Shown here piece after piece: positions 21,903-31,997 of a stretch of DNA of 64,000 nt. Source of the DNA: a bacterium (GTDB lineage: Bacteria; Zhuqueibacterota; Zhuqueibacteria; Residuimicrobiales; Krinioviventaceae); contig OY843751.1 in NCBI GenBank assembly GCA_963693055.1, forward strand, positions 2,400,001 through 2,464,000. Reading direction: 5' to 3'. The translations under genes were made by a program, and so were the position numbers. How positions within the stretch are numbered: position 1 is the stretch's first letter; every line of letters begins with the position of its first letter. The notes under the pieces are model-generated. The model had not been told where the DNA came from, did no database searches, and saw nothing but the letters and a program-made list of their open reading frames with translations.

Positions 21903-21931
21903 AAAACCCGGATTTATTTCCGGGTTTTTTT
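21903..21931 (+). terminator. Intrinsic terminator
   Basis: aaaacccgga-tttatt-tccgggtttt followed by further Ts. Confidence 0.85.
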
Positions 21932-21989
21932 ATATGATATTATTCCCGAGTTTAAATTTTTACATTTTTTACGCTATTGATTTTTTTAA

Positions 21990-22018
21990 TTGACAGTTAT
22001 TTTAGAATTATATACATT
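21990..22018 (+). promoter_or_regulatory. Sigma70-type promoter for the PEGA/FISUMP pair
   Basis: TTGACA-N17-TACATT. Confidence 0.55.
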
Positions 22019-22280
22019 TAAAATACACTTTGGGGCGCATCCAATGCTGAAAATTCAATATGCTTATTATGACTGCTTCTACGGCCAAAAGTAATTTGTT
22101 AAAATTAAATATTACATGACAAATTTACAGTATAATATAAATATTAATTTTACTAGTTAGATTATATTTCTTTAATAAATAATTCATAAATCATTGTTTA
22201 CGATTAACAGTTGTTCTGTCATTGGGTTAATCTTGATCATGTATAATCTTTTTCATTCAATTGTAAAATTCGAGGTGATC

Positions 22281-24017
22281 ATGAAAAAAATTATCATCTA
22301 TTTACTTTTCTTTTTTATTACTTCATTTGCTCAAACAGCAATCAAGCCTCAACTTTTGGTAATGGATTTTGATTTGACTGATGTTAAGCAATCAGAATTT
22401 TCCAAACTTTATGATATTTTTCTAACTGAATTGAATAATACCGGACGTTTTGATGTAATGACAGTCCATGATCGGTCAAGTATTTTTGAACAAAATGGCA
22501 TCAGTCCGAAAACATTATGCAATGATGTTGATTGTTTTGTCAATGTAGGGAGAATTGTTCAGGCAGAACGTGTTATTGGTGCAGTAGTCAAAAAACAAAA
22601 AGAGAATTTTCAATTAACCGTTAAAATGATTGATGTTGAAAATTCCAAACCCATGCTGATCAGAACAGTGGATTTTAATAATCCCGATAACTCGTTTTTT
22701 GATTACGAATTAAAAAAAATCGCCAGAGAAATGGCCGGAGTAACAAACTGGCAATTGCCTACAGGTGGAGCTGTTGATACTGAAATTAAAGGCAAGGGAA
22801 CACTGTATTTAAATTCAAATCCATCTCAGGCCAGTATTTACATTGATGGTAAAGACATGTCTTTAAAAACACCGGCAACTATTAAAGATCTGCAGGCAGG
22901 TGTTCATTTTATCCGTATTGAAAAAGAGTCTTTTTCAGCATCAACCCCTGTATATTTGGAAGCGGATGAGTTTGAAAAAATTGGACTACAACTGGATGAA
23001 ATAAAACCCAGTTTGAAAATTCTTACAAAACCCACAGAAGCAGAGGTGTTTATTGATAATGAAGACCATGGTGTATCTCCTCTTTTAGCCAGTAGGCTTG
23101 ATGCCGGTGAGCATTTGATACGAATTCGTAAACAAGGTTTTGTTGATTATATCAGCACAGTATCTGTCTCTGGTGAATTTATTAACGATCTAATTGTTGA
23201 TTTGCAAAAGTGGAGCTCTCTTACCGTGTTATCAGAGCCCGCTGATGCAGATGTCTATATTGATGATATTTATCTTGACAAATCACCCGTAAATGACAAG
23301 TTGATAGCTCCGGGAAAACACATGATTGCAGTTAAAAAGAAGGGTTTTAAAAGTTATTATCAATATATAGATGTTGAACCTGGAAAATCTTCACTGGTCA
23401 AGTCAAAATTAGAAAATATTTCTCAACCTGCAAAAAAAGTTGAAACAAGCTCTGCTGCACCTGCACCCAAAAGAAAAACACAGACAGTAGAATCTCAACG
23501 TCCCAAACAGGAAGAAATGCCGGTAACAGATGAACAAATTAATGAAATACAATCTGTTTCTCCCAAAACGACAAAAGGCGCAGTCTTGCGCTCAGCTTTA
23601 GTACCTGGATTGGGACAACATTATTCAGGTTGCAATAAGCGATCTATCATTTATCCGGCTTTGGAGATCTTGATGATAGGGGGCATTGTGTGGGCAAATA
23701 GTCAATACAATACATCGATTGATGATTATGATGTTATCAAGATTGATTATTTGAATTCCGTTTCAGATAATCAAATTAATTCCAACCGAGATCTCATGTT
23801 GTCTACATATGATGATATTGAAAGCTATGAAAACCAACGTAACTATTTTATCATTGCTGCAGTAGGAGTTTGGATTGTAAATATTCTGGATGCTGCTTTT
23901 TTTGAACCCAAACTTGAGAGCAATAACTCAATGGGGAATGTGAAAAATTCTGAACCTAAAATATGTCTATCGTTAAATAAAGAATGTACTCGAATTGGTT
24001 TTTCATTACATTTTTAA
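22281..24017 (+). CDS. PEGA-domain envelope protein
   Basis: Signal peptide; N-terminal TolB-N/CsgG-like segment; three PEGA repeats (S/T.P..A.V.ID...G.H.I...K.G); C-terminal AVLRSALVPGLGQHY (DUF5683-like). Confidence 0.8.
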   Translation: MKKIIIYLLFFFITSFAQTAIKPQLLVMDFDLTDVKQSEFSKLYDIFLTELNNTGRFDVMTVHDRSSIFEQNGISPKTLCNDVDCFVNVGRIVQAERVIGAVVKKQKENFQLTVKMIDVENSKPMLIRTVDFNNPDNSFFDYELKKIAREMAGVTNWQLPTGGAVDTEIKGKGTLYLNSNPSQASIYIDGKDMSLKTPATIKDLQAGVHFIRIEKESFSASTPVYLEADEFEKIGLQLDEIKPSLKILTKPTEAEVFIDNEDHGVSPLLASRLDAGEHLIRIRKQGFVDYISTVSVSGEFINDLIVDLQKWSSLTVLSEPADADVYIDDIYLDKSPVNDKLIAPGKHMIAVKKKGFKSYYQYIDVEPGKSSLVKSKLENISQPAKKVETSSAAPAPKRKTQTVESQRPKQEEMPVTDEQINEIQSVSPKTTKGAVLRSALVPGLGQHYSGCNKRSIIYPALEILMIGGIVWANSQYNTSIDDYDVIKIDYLNSVSDNQINSNRDLMLSTYDDIESYENQRNYFIIAAVGVWIVNILDAAFFEPKLESNNSMGNVKNSEPKICLSLNKECTRIGFSLHF

Positions 24018-24043
24018 AATGTACCGATAAAAAGGGTGGAAAA

Positions 24044-25888
24044 ATGAATAGAAAAATTGTTGTTATACTATTGTCCTTTATTGTCGCTTTTATGAGTTGT
24101 AAAGACAAACCCACCGAACCGGATATGTTGAATCCTCTGGATACTCAAAATAAACAAACTGCTGGTGACCCTTTCGGGCTCGCCGTTACTATTGGTAATG
24201 GCGGTGTGTTGCTGGAATGGGAAGAGGTAGACGTTAAAAGTATTACAAATTATTATATATATCGATCAGCTGAATCCAATTCCGGATTCCTAAAAATGGG
24301 GCAGGTGACATTTGAAACTAGAACGTTTACGGATACTACCGTTCAAAATGGTAACAGCTATTGGTACAAAGTCTCTGCCCTTGATGAAAACGGACAGGAA
24401 AGCAATTACACCCATGTTGCGTCTATCCGTATCAATACAGAACCGGTCATTGATATCAATAATGGAAACAAATATATTACATCGGGTAATATTGATCTCA
24501 CCATACTTGCCATGACTGCGAAACAAATGTGGATTTCGAATAACAAGGATTTTTTAGATGGTGAATGGGAAGCGTATTCCACCCGTAAAAGCTGGTCCAC
24601 AAGTGAAATTGAAGGTCAGAAAATTATATATTTAAAAGTTAAATATGATAACGATGAAATATCCACAACATCTTCTGACACTGTTTATTATGATACAACT
24701 CTGCCTGTTGCTGCATTTAGTATTTCTCCCGAGATAGGTGTCTTTACTGAAACTCCATTTCAGTTTGATGCATCTCCATCTACTGATAACCTTACTCTGG
24801 ATGAGGATATGAACTATCGTTGGGATTGGGACAATGATGGCATTTTTGATACGGGCTGGACCCATGATGAAATAACCTATCATAATTTTGATATAGGTGG
24901 TGGATATACTCGTGTAAAATTACAAGTTATGGATGGTGCCGGTTGGCAGGCTGAAATTGTGGATTCGGTATATGTAAACACTGCGCCGGTTGCCAAATTT
25001 GATTGGGATTATGATAGGGACAATGTGAAAGTGGTCTATTTTGATGCTTCCAAATCAACCGATTTGGAGGATGGGCAGGAATTGCAATATCGTTGGGATT
25101 GGGAAGGTGATGGTGTTTGGGATACGGATTTTGTATCTTTACCTGAAATTTCTCATGAATTTGGTGAATCTAATGATACGGTTTCGGTTGTACTGCAAGT
25201 TCAGGATTTACATCAAGGGAAAAGTACAAAAGTAAATTATTTTGATTTTTTAAATGCGATTTTATTTGATATTGATGGAAATCTTTACAAAGTCGTTTGT
25301 ATTGGCAACCAGTGGTGGACGGTCGAAAACCTCAAAACGACCCATTATCGAAATGGAGAGCCAATAGAAGAAGTTACAGATAATGCTGAATGGACAACCC
25401 TGACTCGCAGTGCGTATTGTGCCTGGGGCAATTTTTATTCACTGGTTGAGGAATATGGATTGCTATACAACGGCTATGCCATTGAAGACAGCCGGAATCT
25501 GGCACCCGAAGGATGGCATGTTGCAACAGATGAAGATTGGAAAGAACTTGAAATGTTTGCCGGTATGAGTAAAGAGGATGCGGATTATTATGGCCCTGTG
25601 CGCGGAACAACTGAAGGCGCAAAACTTAAAGAAGAAGGCTATGAACATTGGGATAAACCCAATGTTAATGCCAGTAACGAATTTGGATTTACAGCTTTAC
25701 CTGCCGGATACCGTGATTATAAGACCGGAATTTCTGTATATATGTTAAGAAAAACTTATTTCTGGGGTGCAGGCAATTCAACAGAGACTCATGCAATTAT
25801 GCGAAAGATGAATTATTATGTTACCTTTATTTATCGGAATTTATATGATAAAAGATTTGGTGCTTCTGTAAGACTGGTTAAAGATTGA
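24044..25888 (+). CDS. FN3/PKD lipoprotein with C-terminal FISUMP (Fibrobacter succinogenes major paralogous) domain
   Basis: Lipobox FMSC; FN3 (YIYRS..YWYKVSA); two PKD (FDAS.STD...YRWDW); FISUMP DIDGN.YK.V.IGNQ.W..ENL, YGLLYN, LAPEGWHVAT..DW..L, GFTALPAG, SVRLVKD. Confidence 0.88.
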   Translation: MNRKIVVILLSFIVAFMSCKDKPTEPDMLNPLDTQNKQTAGDPFGLAVTIGNGGVLLEWEEVDVKSITNYYIYRSAESNSGFLKMGQVTFETRTFTDTTVQNGNSYWYKVSALDENGQESNYTHVASIRINTEPVIDINNGNKYITSGNIDLTILAMTAKQMWISNNKDFLDGEWEAYSTRKSWSTSEIEGQKIIYLKVKYDNDEISTTSSDTVYYDTTLPVAAFSISPEIGVFTETPFQFDASPSTDNLTLDEDMNYRWDWDNDGIFDTGWTHDEITYHNFDIGGGYTRVKLQVMDGAGWQAEIVDSVYVNTAPVAKFDWDYDRDNVKVVYFDASKSTDLEDGQELQYRWDWEGDGVWDTDFVSLPEISHEFGESNDTVSVVLQVQDLHQGKSTKVNYFDFLNAILFDIDGNLYKVVCIGNQWWTVENLKTTHYRNGEPIEEVTDNAEWTTLTRSAYCAWGNFYSLVEEYGLLYNGYAIEDSRNLAPEGWHVATDEDWKELEMFAGMSKEDADYYGPVRGTTEGAKLKEEGYEHWDKPNVNASNEFGFTALPAGYRDYKTGISVYMLRKTYFWGAGNSTETHAIMRKMNYYVTFIYRNLYDKRFGASVRLVKD

Positions 25889-25893
25889 TACAT

Positions 25894-25934
25894 ATCCCAT
25901 GTATCGTCAAGCGTTTGTTGATGATACATGGGAT
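25894..25934. terminator. 17-bp inverted repeat between convergent genes, probable terminator
   Basis: atcccatgtatcgtcaa-gcgtttg-ttgatgatacatgggat, one G-T pair. Confidence 0.65.
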
Positions 25935-25939
25935 TTATT

Positions 25940-28066
25940 TTATTTTTCAATGAGAATAAATTTTGCTTCATTTGCGTCAAACCGCATTTTAATTTCTGAC
26001 ATATTTTCAGGTTTTTCAATTGCTGATATTGCTGTTGTTACTCCACTTAAAATATTCAACTCTTTAATGGTTCCACTACCTTTTAAACTTGCCTGACAGG
26101 TAATGGGTTTTTCACCTTCATTAAAGAAAAAGTAGAGTTCACCATCAGGAAACGTCCGGTGCATATAAAAAAGTTCAGGTTGATTGCTGTCCAGTAATAC
26201 ATCTGCATGTGGCAGTTTTTCTATCTGTTCCCGGGTAAATTCATGCATCAGGTATTCTTGCATCCAGTTCGCCGGGGCTGGAGCTGTTGCCTGCATGAAG
26301 GATTTATCTGTAATTAATTCAGGTGTCTTGTTCAAAAAGATTAATGTACCGCCTGCTTTTGCAAATGCTTTCACACGTTCAAGTGAGGCTTGGGAAATTG
26401 CACTCACACCTGGGATAATCAAGGTAGAATAGTATTGATAACTTTGATTCACAAATTTACCATCTTGTAATGTTAATACCTCGCTTAGTGCCTGTTCATC
26501 AACAATATCAAAATCGCGTTGATTGCTTACGAGTTTGTGAGCAGTCTCCCACAATATATCGTTCGCTCTCCAGTCATCCAGCCAGTAACTCTGCGTGGGA
26601 AAGTAAATTCCAATGTTTGCCGCCGGTCGTCCTTGAGATAGTAAAAAGGATGCCGCGTTTGTGAATTGCATTACTTGCGGGAATTTTTCTTCTCCCATAT
26701 AACCGCGTATGTTAACCTGACCTTTTGACGAGGCTCCATAAAACATGAATTCAAAAAGATTTATACCGCGTACCAGTTGATAGTTAACTCCCCACAATAC
26801 CTGCTCACAGTCGGGACGGGGATTATATGCCGCGTAACTTTCGCTGAGTGCTCTGGGTCTGCCATACAAGTGAGAGGCAGAGGAGGCCAGCTTTACAAAA
26901 TCCGCAACAGTACCCGGCCATACCTGGTTCCAGATTGCATCTACACCCGGTATTTGTACCTTACGCATAGGTCTGAAAAAATCTCCTGTGGATCGAAAAA
27001 GTTTGGGGAGAACATGCTCATTGTTTAAATGGGTCATGTATTCAACATTATTTTGCGCACACCAGTCAGCCTGCATCCCGAAAAAGTGATTACCAAAAAG
27101 CTCTGACCATACATCCCAATAGTCTGCTCTGGCGCGTTTTTCTTTATCTGTTCGGGTAGGAGCAAAGAATGATGCAAGGTAGGGTTTAACATCGTATCCC
27201 TTTTTGTTCATAAATGTATCCAGCATGCCTGTTGTCCAGGGAATGTGACCAAAATCCGGTTCATCACCTCTGAAGCCCAGAACCGTTTTTCCAAACTCGT
27301 CGCCAAGGAATTGTTTGTATCCTTCATGCGTCCAATTGATAAATTGGGCCACTGCCTGTGGATCCAGTAAATTGCCCATGGAATTTTTTGTGGTTTTTGC
27401 ACCGGTTGAATCGTTTACTGCACGTGTAACCGGGGTCCTGAACTGGTGGTCAATGATACGTATTTCCCATTTACCGGATGGTGCCTGCCAGTGCAGTTTG
27501 TTGTTTTGGGTATCCAGTATTGTACTGGTTTCATTGTCAAGGTTTACTGCAACAGCACTTACTACATTGTCAGCCAGGTCTTTGTCTATGCTCTGATTGT
27601 CGGTTAATTCGATTTTTTCTGCAATGCCCAATCCCTGCATACGCAGATCAGGACGCTCCTGGCTGAATTTACCACCTGCAAATCCGCTGGGATACTTACC
27701 CTCATCAATGATCCATACTCGCATATTCCGTTTTTTGGCTTCATCCACTGCATACCGTATCATTGCAAACCATTCATCAGAGAGATAAGGTGCATTATTC
27801 ATCCGGTAACCGGCTTCAATAGTGACGGTGCGAAAGCCCCTTTTGTATAGGGCATCCAGGTCGCGCTCAATAACCTTGTGAGACATGGGCCCATTCCAAC
27901 CCCAGGTTACGGTGGCGCAATATTCGGATGGAGGTTCTTGCGCTTGTTTTACAGCATCACTTAATTTAATGTCTGACAAGTGCTGCCAGGAACGATCAGA
28001 ATTGCAGGAGAACATCAACAGGGTGATTATCAATAAATGGAAAAATAGAATTGTTCGGGTTTTCAT
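25940..28066 (-). CDS. GH106-like glycoside hydrolase, lipoprotein
   Basis: Lipobox MFSC; TWGWNG, YLSDEWF, WIIDEGKYPSGFAGG, FRGDEP, PGVDAI, ALSESYA. Confidence 0.8.
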   Translation of the reverse strand: MKTRTILFFHLLIITLLMFSCNSDRSWQHLSDIKLSDAVKQAQEPPSEYCATVTWGWNGPMSHKVIERDLDALYKRGFRTVTIEAGYRMNNAPYLSDEWFAMIRYAVDEAKKRNMRVWIIDEGKYPSGFAGGKFSQERPDLRMQGLGIAEKIELTDNQSIDKDLADNVVSAVAVNLDNETSTILDTQNNKLHWQAPSGKWEIRIIDHQFRTPVTRAVNDSTGAKTTKNSMGNLLDPQAVAQFINWTHEGYKQFLGDEFGKTVLGFRGDEPDFGHIPWTTGMLDTFMNKKGYDVKPYLASFFAPTRTDKEKRARADYWDVWSELFGNHFFGMQADWCAQNNVEYMTHLNNEHVLPKLFRSTGDFFRPMRKVQIPGVDAIWNQVWPGTVADFVKLASSASHLYGRPRALSESYAAYNPRPDCEQVLWGVNYQLVRGINLFEFMFYGASSKGQVNIRGYMGEEKFPQVMQFTNAASFLLSQGRPAANIGIYFPTQSYWLDDWRANDILWETAHKLVSNQRDFDIVDEQALSEVLTLQDGKFVNQSYQYYSTLIIPGVSAISQASLERVKAFAKAGGTLIFLNKTPELITDKSFMQATAPAPANWMQEYLMHEFTREQIEKLPHADVLLDSNQPELFYMHRTFPDGELYFFFNEGEKPITCQASLKGSGTIKELNILSGVTTAISAIEKPENMSEIKMRFDANEAKFILIEK

Positions 28067-28332
28067 TTCTACTCCTTGATTATTACTATAATAATATCAA
28101 TTTTATAAAATCAAAACAATGAAAAATATTAAACACATATATTGCCTGGGAATTTGAATAGTTTCAAATCCGTTATTAAACTATATGCAGAATACCTGAT
28201 TTTGATTTGTAATACGATTTTAGCCTGGCTATACTTTAATTAAATATGTTTGATTCCCAGGGGAATTCATATATATTCTAATACTAAAACTCTAAAATTT
28301 ATTTGTTCTAACCTCAGGAAAGCTGGTATATC

Positions 28333-29259
28333 ATGATCGCGAAAAAAATTCTGGAAGCAATTGGTAATACCCGACTTTTGAAATTAAATCGGGTCGTTCC
28401 TCAAAACTGTGCAAATATATATGTAAAATTGGAATGGGAAAATCCCACCGGCAGTATGAAGGACCGTGCAGCACTTGCCATGATTGAAAGGGCCGAGGCT
28501 GATGGTAAATTAAAATCCGGTGATACCATTCTGGAATATACAGGCGGCAGTACCGGTATTTCTCTTGCCATGGTTTGTGTAGCAAAGGGATATCCGTTGG
28601 AAATTGTAACGTCCGATGCATTCAGCAATGAAAAATTGAACCAGATGAAATCTTTTGGCGCTGAACTGACAATGGTACCCAGTGAGGACGGACTCACAAC
28701 CAAAAAGCTGATTCAGGATATGGTTGCAACCGCCAAAGAGATGAGCATGAAACCCAATACGTATTGGACAAACCAGTTGGAAAATGTTGACAGCATATCG
28801 GGGTATTATGCGCTTGCAGAAGAGATATTGCAGCAGACATACCAAAGCATTGACGCGTTTGTTCATAGTGTTGGAACGGGTGCGTCATTGCGTGGAGTGG
28901 CAACGATTTTGAAAAAGCATGCTCCCAACTCTCGCATTGTTGCTGTAGAGCCCGCGGAATCTCCGGTATTGTCCGGCGGGCAGCCGGGACCACACAAGAT
29001 CGAAGGCGTGGGAATTGGTTATACGCCGCCTCTCTGGAAACCCGACCTTGTGGATGAAATTGTACCTGTAGCTACGGATGATGCTAAAGCCATGTGCAGA
29101 CGTTTGGCAAAAGAAGAAGGGATCTATGCGGGGACCTCTTCCGGCGCAAATGTTATTGCTGCCATAGAGATCGCAAAAACGCTTCCTCCTGATGCCAATG
29201 TAGTAACGCTGATGGTTGACTCGGGATTAAAATATACCAGTACGGACGTGTTTCGATAG
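28333..29259 (+). CDS. cysK: Cysteine synthase-family PLP enzyme
   Basis: KLE..NPTGSMKDR PLP lysine, VGTG, HKIEGVG, EEGI.AG.SSGAN, DSG.KY.S. Confidence 0.88.
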   Translation: MIAKKILEAIGNTRLLKLNRVVPQNCANIYVKLEWENPTGSMKDRAALAMIERAEADGKLKSGDTILEYTGGSTGISLAMVCVAKGYPLEIVTSDAFSNEKLNQMKSFGAELTMVPSEDGLTTKKLIQDMVATAKEMSMKPNTYWTNQLENVDSISGYYALAEEILQQTYQSIDAFVHSVGTGASLRGVATILKKHAPNSRIVAVEPAESPVLSGGQPGPHKIEGVGIGYTPPLWKPDLVDEIVPVATDDAKAMCRRLAKEEGIYAGTSSGANVIAAIEIAKTLPPDANVVTLMVDSGLKYTSTDVFR

Positions 29260-29316
29260 AAAAGTTATGAGAATGAATCGAGAATAAATATATTTGAATA
29301 TTAAAAGCGAGTATTT

Positions 29317-29847
29317 ATGAGTACATATATAGCACTATTCAGAGGGATCAATATTGGTGGCAAGAATTTGTTGCCCATGAAAACGCTTGTTCCTTCACTT
29401 GAAGAGATGGGGTGCAGCGGCATTCAAACCTATATACAAAGCGGCAATGTTGTGCTGGAATGGGAGGGAGAATCTGCTGAATCCCTTGCACGGGATATCA
29501 GTTCGGCTATACAAAAGCAATTTGGATTTGAACCGAGGGTCGTGCTCCTTACCGCGGATGAGCTTGAACAAGCCATTGCCAATAATCCCTTTCCCACGGA
29601 TAACGGCAAGGTGCTAAGCTTCTTTTTTCTGGATGAAATTCCTGCACATGCTGATTTTGAGAAAATGGACGAAATCAAAATTGCATCAGAAGCCTATAAA
29701 CTGCATGACAAGGTATTCTACTTTTGCGCACCCGACGGATTTGGCCGGTCCAAACTCGCCGCGAATGCAGAAAAGCTGCTGGGTGTACCGGCAACTGCCC
29801 GAAACTGGAATACGGTTAACAAGCTGAGAGAGATGGTGGGGGGATAA
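29317..29847 (+). CDS. DUF1697 domain protein
   Basis: YIALFRGINIGGKN, TYIQSGNV, TARNWNTV.KL. Confidence 0.9.
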   Translation: MSTYIALFRGINIGGKNLLPMKTLVPSLEEMGCSGIQTYIQSGNVVLEWEGESAESLARDISSAIQKQFGFEPRVVLLTADELEQAIANNPFPTDNGKVLSFFFLDEIPAHADFEKMDEIKIASEAYKLHDKVFYFCAPDGFGRSKLAANAEKLLGVPATARNWNTVNKLREMVGG

Positions 29848-29880
29848 ATAATATATAAATTTTTGTAGAGTAGTAGGTTG

Positions 29881-30258
29881 TTACAACTCTTCAATCTGAC
29901 GTTTTTTAAATTCCAGTAATTCTATTTTGCGATTGGTGATTTTGTGGGCCCGGTTAATCTGTTCTTTTTCTTTCATATCTATTTTCAGCATCATTTCAGT
30001 TGCCGTGCTTCCGGTAAGATTCCTTTTCGCCAATTCTCTTTTGGCTTCAATGCGCGTATTTCTGAATCTCTGTTCAAGCTTTAAAAGATGTTCTTCTAAA
30101 TCCTGTTTCACATGTTTAATTTTAATATCCATTTCTTCAGGCGTACTGAGCTTGAAATATTGCTCAATCTTTTTCATTTGGAGGGTTTGTCTATACGCAA
30201 AGATTGCAAGGGTAAGTGAGCCGAGACTGATAAATAGTGCCAATATGCCTAATATCAT
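29881..30258 (-). CDS. Hypothetical membrane-anchored coiled-coil protein
   Basis: N-terminal hydrophobic helix then a K/E-rich helical region; ORF fills the intergenic gap. Confidence 0.55.
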   Translation of the reverse strand: MILGILALFISLGSLTLAIFAYRQTLQMKKIEQYFKLSTPEEMDIKIKHVKQDLEEHLLKLEQRFRNTRIEAKRELAKRNLTGSTATEMMLKIDMKEKEQINRAHKITNRKIELLEFKKRQIEEL

Positions 30259-30384
30259 ATTTCTTCCTGTTTACTGAGGGATTAATAATTAAATATAAAT
30301 TCGTTCAGGATAAATGCTTAATATTATACAAATTGTAAGGATATATGTCAAGGACATTGATGTGATTTCGGGATGTATCTAAAC

Positions 30385-30411
30385 AAAAAAAGCCCGCTTT
30401 AAAAGCAGGCT
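30385..30411 (-). terminator. Intrinsic terminator of tRNA-Leu
   Basis: Minus strand agcctgct-ttta-aagcgggct-like hairpin followed by a T run, just 3' of the tRNA. Confidence 0.75.
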
Positions 30412-30415
30412 CCAG

Positions 30416-30499
30416 TGCCGAGGGGGGGAATCGAACCCCCATGGGATTGCTCCCGCTGGATTTTGAATCCAGTGCGTCTACCAATTTCACCACCTCGGC
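30416..30499 (-). tRNA. tRNA-Leu(CAA)
   Basis: GCCGAGG acceptor, D loop TGGTAGAC, anticodon arm CTGGA-TTCAAAA-TCCAG, long variable arm, GGGGG-TTCGATT-CCCCC T arm, A73. CCA not encoded. Confidence 0.97.
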
Positions 30500-30517
30500 G
30501 TGAATTGAACGTCGAAT

Positions 30518-30546
30518 AATATAGCTAATCTAAAATTAAATGTCAA
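30518..30546 (-). promoter_or_regulatory. Sigma70-type promoter of tRNA-Leu
   Basis: Minus strand TTGACA-N17-TATATT ending 18 nt before the tRNA. Confidence 0.7.
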
Positions 30547-30663
30547 GAAAAAGATATTAATTTGTTGATTTGTTTTTCATTGATTTTTAATCAGGAATGA
30601 TTAAATTAAAAGATTCTTGTAAATTTGATGTTTTTTATATAACCCATATCTTCAGGAGATATA

Positions 30664-31890
30664 ATGAAAAAACAAACAATTGACGATCTTGCCTTAAAAG
30701 GCAAACGCGTTATGATGCGCGTGGATTTTAATGTTCCGCTGACTGCTGATAAAACGGTTGCGGATGATAAACGAATTGTTGCTGCATTACCTTCAATTAA
30801 AAAAGTTGTGGATGAAGGCGGTAAAGCTATTTTAATGTCTCACCTGGGTCGTCCCGGTGGAAAAGTTGCTCCCGAGTTTTCATTAAAGCCGGTTGCCGAT
30901 CATCTGGGTACCCTGTTGGGTAAACCCGTTGTTTTTGCTCCCGATTGTGTTGGAGATAAAGTAGATGCACTGGTAGCCAAAATGAATGACGGCGATGTTC
31001 TTTTGCTTGAAAACCTGCGTTTTCATCCTGAAGAAGAAGGCAAAAAAGATGGCACCAAAATGACAACCGAAGAACGCCAATGGTTCATTGATGGATTGGC
31101 TAAAAATGCTGACCTGTATGTGGATGATGCTTTTGGTACCGCGCACCGCGCGCACGCTTCCATGTCTGGTGTGCCTGAAAAATTGGGACAAGGAGCTGCC
31201 GGTTACCTGCTGCAAAAAGAACTTGAATACTTTGCCAAAGTATTTGATGCACCTGAACGTCCGTTACTGGCTATTCTGGGTGGTGCCAAAGTTAGCGACA
31301 AAATCCTTGTGATTGAAAATTTACTTGAAAAAGTAGACAGTCTTATGATTGGCGGTGCAATGGCATATACCTTTTTAAAAGCCAAAGGTATTGCTGTTGG
31401 TAATTCACGCGTTGAAGAAGATTTTGTAGAAAAAGCAAAAGATTATATTGAAAAAGCCAAAGCAAAAAATGTAACACTGTTGTTGCCTGTTGATCACGTT
31501 GTTGCATCAGAATTTCCCGCAGCAGGCGTCGATGTAACTCCGCAGGTTACAGAAGGTGAAGCCATTGCAGATGGTATGATGGGACTGGACATTGGTCCTA
31601 AATCAGTTGAACTGTATGTTGCTGAAGTACAAAAATCAAAGACCGTTGTTTGGAATGGACCTATGGGTGTATTTGAAGTCAAAGGTTTTGATAACGGTAC
31701 TTATACACTGGCAGAAGCTATTGCAGAAGGCGATTGTGTTTCTGTTGTAGGTGGTGGTGATTCAGCAAGCGCGGCTAAAAAATCCGGTCATGGCAGCAAG
31801 TTTAGCCACATCTCTACCGGTGGTGGTGCCAGTCTTGAATTGATGGAAGGCAAGCTTTTACCCGGTGTTGCCGCTCTAACCGAAAAGTAA
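30664..31890 (+). CDS. pgk: Phosphoglycerate kinase
   Basis: RVDFNVP, SHLGRP, LLENLRFH.EEE, DAFGTAHRAHAS, GGAKVSDK, WNGPMGVFE, HISTGGGASLE. Confidence 0.99.
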   Translation: MKKQTIDDLALKGKRVMMRVDFNVPLTADKTVADDKRIVAALPSIKKVVDEGGKAILMSHLGRPGGKVAPEFSLKPVADHLGTLLGKPVVFAPDCVGDKVDALVAKMNDGDVLLLENLRFHPEEEGKKDGTKMTTEERQWFIDGLAKNADLYVDDAFGTAHRAHASMSGVPEKLGQGAAGYLLQKELEYFAKVFDAPERPLLAILGGAKVSDKILVIENLLEKVDSLMIGGAMAYTFLKAKGIAVGNSRVEEDFVEKAKDYIEKAKAKNVTLLLPVDHVVASEFPAAGVDVTPQVTEGEAIADGMMGLDIGPKSVELYVAEVQKSKTVVWNGPMGVFEVKGFDNGTYTLAEAIAEGDCVSVVGGGDSASAAKKSGHGSKFSHISTGGGASLELMEGKLLPGVAALTEK

Positions 31891-31904
31891 TAATATTGAT
31901 TTTT

Positions 31905-31939
31905 AAAAAGCCGGGTATGTAGATATCCGGCTTTTTTTT
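31905..31939 (+). terminator. Intrinsic terminator of pgk
   Basis: aaaaagccgggtat-gtag-atatccggcttttt followed by further Ts. Confidence 0.85.
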
Positions 31940-31997
31940 GTAACATTCACACATTCTCTCCGTTTAAGATGCTGTAAATGAATTTTATGGAGGCATC

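Noticed and set aside
30305-30493. 62-aa ORF MVKLVDALDSKS...
   Set aside because: It is the translation of tRNA-Leu and its terminator.
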